Part shown: positions 61,899 through 64,000 of the stretch, piece by piece
Layout of the letters: the number at the start of each line of letters is the position of its first letter
How positions within the stretch are numbered: the first letter of the stretch is position 1
Origin: Gemmatimonadota bacterium
Lineage (GTDB): Bacteria > Gemmatimonadota > Gemmatimonadetes > Gemmatimonadales > GWC2-71-9
NCBI GenBank assembly: GCA_003222115.1
Contig: QHUL01000060.1
Span: 2,351 to 66,350, forward strand
Direction: 5' to 3'
Length of the DNA: 64,000 bases
Program-made: the position numbers and the translations under genes
Notes under the pieces: generated by a model
What the model saw: only the letters and a program-made list of their open reading frames with translations
Database searches by the model: none
Told to the model about the DNA's origin: nothing

Positions 61899-62813
61899 AT
61901 GAGCATCCTGCTCGATGAGAAGACGCCGGTCGTCATCCAGGGGTTCACGGGCGACAAGGGCACCTTCCACGCCAAGGAGATGATCGCCTACGGCACGAAC
62001 GTGGTGGGGGGTGTGACGCCCGGGAAAGGCCGCACCACCCACCTGGGCCGGCCCGTGTTCAACACCGTGAAGGAGGCGGTCACCGCCACCGGCGCCACGG
62101 CGAGCCTCGTGCTCGTGCCGGCGCCCTACTGCGCCGACGCGATCATGGAGGCGGCGGATGCGGGGATCCAGCTGGTCGTGACGATCACCGACGGGGTACC
62201 CGCCCAGGACATGATGACCGTGAAGCGCTATCTGTGGCGCTACGCCAAGGAGCGGCGCACGCGGCTCATCGGCCCGAACTGCGCCGGCGTGATCAGCGCC
62301 GGGAAGGCGATGATGGGGATCATGCCGGGCCACATCTACCAGCGCGGCCGGGTCGGCGTCGTGACGCGCTCCGGTACCCTCGGCTACGAGGCGGCGTCGC
62401 AGATGAGCGCCCTCGGGGTCGGCATCTCGACGAGCGTGGGCATCGGGGGCGACCCGATCAACGGCAGCTCCTTCGTCGACATGCTGGTGCTCTTCGAGCA
62501 GGACCCGGAAACGGACGCCGTGATGATGATCGGCGAGATCGGCGGACCCCAGGAGGCCGACGCCGCGACGTTCGTGAAGGAGCACATGAAGAAGCCGGTG
62601 ATCGGCTACGTCGCGGGACTGACCGCCCCCAAGGGCCGCCGCATGGGGCACGCGGGGGCCATCATCTCGGCCTTCGGCGACACCGCGGCCGAGAAAGCGG
62701 AGATCATGCGCTCGGCGGGGTTGATCGTGGCCCCGAGCCCGTCGGAGCTCGGCACGACCGTCGCGCAGGCGGTCGCCAAGAACCCGCCGCGCCGCGCGAT
62801 GGCGCAGCGGTGA
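61899..62813 (+). CDS. mtkB: Malate--CoA ligase alpha subunit (SucD-like)
   Basis: [37 protein letters not shown] phospho-His; follows mtkA. Confidence 0.8.
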   Translation: MSILLDEKTPVVIQGFTGDKGTFHAKEMIAYGTNVVGGVTPGKGRTTHLGRPVFNTVKEAVTATGATASLVLVPAPYCADAIMEAADAGIQLVVTITDGVPAQDMMTVKRYLWRYAKERRTRLIGPNCAGVISAGKAMMGIMPGHIYQRGRVGVVTRSGTLGYEAASQMSALGVGISTSVGIGGDPINGSSFVDMLVLFEQDPETDAVMMIGEIGGPQEADAATFVKEHMKKPVIGYVAGLTAPKGRRMGHAGAIISAFGDTAAEKAEIMRSAGLIVAPSPSELGTTVAQAVAKNPPRRAMAQR

Positions 62814-63787
62814 GCACCCGCCCTCCGCGGGTGGTCGTCACCCGGCGCCTGCCGGCCCCGGTGGAGGAGGAGGTGGCCCGTGAGTTCGACGCCCGCCTCA
62901 ACACGGACGACCACCCGTTCGCCGCCACGGAGCTGCAAGACGCCCTCCGCGGTGCCGATGCACTGCTCTGCACGGTGACCGACCGGCTCAACGCCGACAC
63001 GCTCGCTGCAGAGCCGCTGCGGGCCAGAATCCTCGCGAACTTCGGGGTGGGGTTCAATCACATCGACATCCCCGCGGCGAAAGCGCGCGGCCTGGTGGTC
63101 ACGAACACGCCCGACGTGCTCACCGACGACACGGCCGACGACGCGGTGATGCTGATGCTGATGGTGGCGCGCCGCGCCGGGGAAGGAGAGCGGCACGTCC
63201 GGGCGGGGCAGTGGACCGGCTGGCGTCCCACTCACCTGTTGGGCACGAAGGTGAGCGGCAAGACGCTCGGTCTCGTCGGATTCGGCCGGATCGCGAAGGC
63301 GGTGGCGCGGCGGGCGCACCACGGGTTCGGTATGCGGGTGATCTTTCACGACCCCTACCCGCCCGCGAGCGACGTGGCGCGGGAGCTGGGCGCGGAGCAG
63401 CAGCGCAGCGTGGAGGACGTCATCCGCGCAGCCGATTTCGTATCCCTGCATTGCCCGGCCACGCCGGAGACGCGGCACCTGATCAACGCCGAGCGCCTGG
63501 CCCTGATGAAGCCCACGGCCTTCCTGATCAACACCGCGCGCGGCGACGTCGTCGACGAGGCGGCGCTCGTGGCGGCGCTGCGGGCCGGAACGATCGCCGG
63601 GGCGGCACTGGACGTCTACGAGCGTGAGCCGCAGATCACGCGCGACCTCCTGGCGATGGAGAACGTGGTCTTGCTGCCGCACCTCGGGAGCGCGACCCGC
63701 GAGACCCGCGCGGCGATGGGGTTCCGCGCGCTGGAGAATCTCAAGGCCTTCTTCTCCGGCCAGGCGCCGCGCGACCGCGTGGTGTGA
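62810..63787 (+). CDS. D-glycerate dehydrogenase / hydroxypyruvate reductase (GhrB-type 2-hydroxyacid dehydrogenase)
   Basis: [48 protein letters not shown]. Start at the GTG overlapping the mtkB stop. Confidence 0.85.
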   Translation: MSTRPPRVVVTRRLPAPVEEEVAREFDARLNTDDHPFAATELQDALRGADALLCTVTDRLNADTLAAEPLRARILANFGVGFNHIDIPAAKARGLVVTNTPDVLTDDTADDAVMLMLMVARRAGEGERHVRAGQWTGWRPTHLLGTKVSGKTLGLVGFGRIAKAVARRAHHGFGMRVIFHDPYPPASDVARELGAEQQRSVEDVIRAADFVSLHCPATPETRHLINAERLALMKPTAFLINTARGDVVDEAALVAALRAGTIAGAALDVYEREPQITRDLLAMENVVLLPHLGSATRETRAAMGFRALENLKAFFSGQAPRDRVV

Positions 63788-64000
63788 GTCCCTCCGACTA
63801 CGGCCTGGAGATCGCGGCGCTGCTGGACGAGCAGCTGCGCGCGGTCATCCGCACCCACACGCCGGAGATCGAGCCCGTGCTCGCCGGAGCGGCGATCCCG
63901 GCCGGCGCCTCCCCCGACCTGCTCGCCCGCACAATCCAGGCGCAGGGGATGTGGTTCCAGCTCCTCTCCATCGCCGAGCAGAACGCCGCGATGCGGCAGC
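63784..64000 (+). CDS. ppc: Phosphoenolpyruvate carboxylase, N-terminal fragment (truncated by window edge)
   Basis: GTG overlapping the previous TGA. The open frame translates ...LLARTIQAQGMWFQLLSIAEQNAAMRQ, matching the PEPC N-terminal L..IAE motif; serine-cycle context. Confidence 0.7.
   Translation, partial: MSPSDYGLEIAALLDEQLRAVIRTHTPEIEPVLAGAAIPAGASPDLLARTIQAQGMWFQLLSIAEQNAAMRQ

Noticed and set aside
60701..62813. TCA-cycle succinyl-CoA synthetase sucCD
   Set aside because: The FAGINRCDW motif and the position between mcl and hpr/ppc favour malate thiokinase.

Overview
High-GC bacterial chromosomal segment. Gene order and protein style suggest Gemmatimonadota, which is an inference and not verified. 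It is mostly core genome, with no integrase, transposase, prophage, CRISPR array, rRNA or tRNA. In order: dusB-larB-GGDEF, tmRNA, a Yip1 gene, then a long minus-strand truA-tal-purB-purC-psd-pssA-purS-purQ-purL-purF-ppdK block. Next come trpD, lexA and trpC-trpB-[HEAT protein, HD-GYP]-trpA-[membrane GAF chemoreceptor-like protein], then folK-panB-panC-yqeK, rlmN, PTS IIA-aspS-phoH-HDIG-ybeY and two CBS genes. These are followed by a B12 acyl-CoA mutase cluster (meaB, ICM-type large subunit, eRF1-like gene, B12 subunit, carboxyltransferase, TPPII-like S8 lipoprotein, AtuA-like pair, crotonase), a bacilliredoxin, a membrane protein plus vWA lipoprotein pair, an orphan GroES-like gene and recQ. 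The window ends in a serine-cycle cluster (sga-mcl-mtkAB-hpr-ppc) that runs off the right edge. Best leads: (1) a HEAT/HD-GYP gene pair inside the trp operon whose two proteins share a paralogous, unnamed N-terminal domain; (2) a candidate direct-repeat LexA operator (CCCGAA-N5-CCCGAA, twice); (3) the isobutyryl-CoA-mutase-type cluster interrupted by a GGQ-less release-factor homolog; (4) the serine-cycle operon with a structured leader; (5) several short repeat elements embedded in frame in housekeeping genes. All calls come from reading the sequence by eye; no database searches were run.
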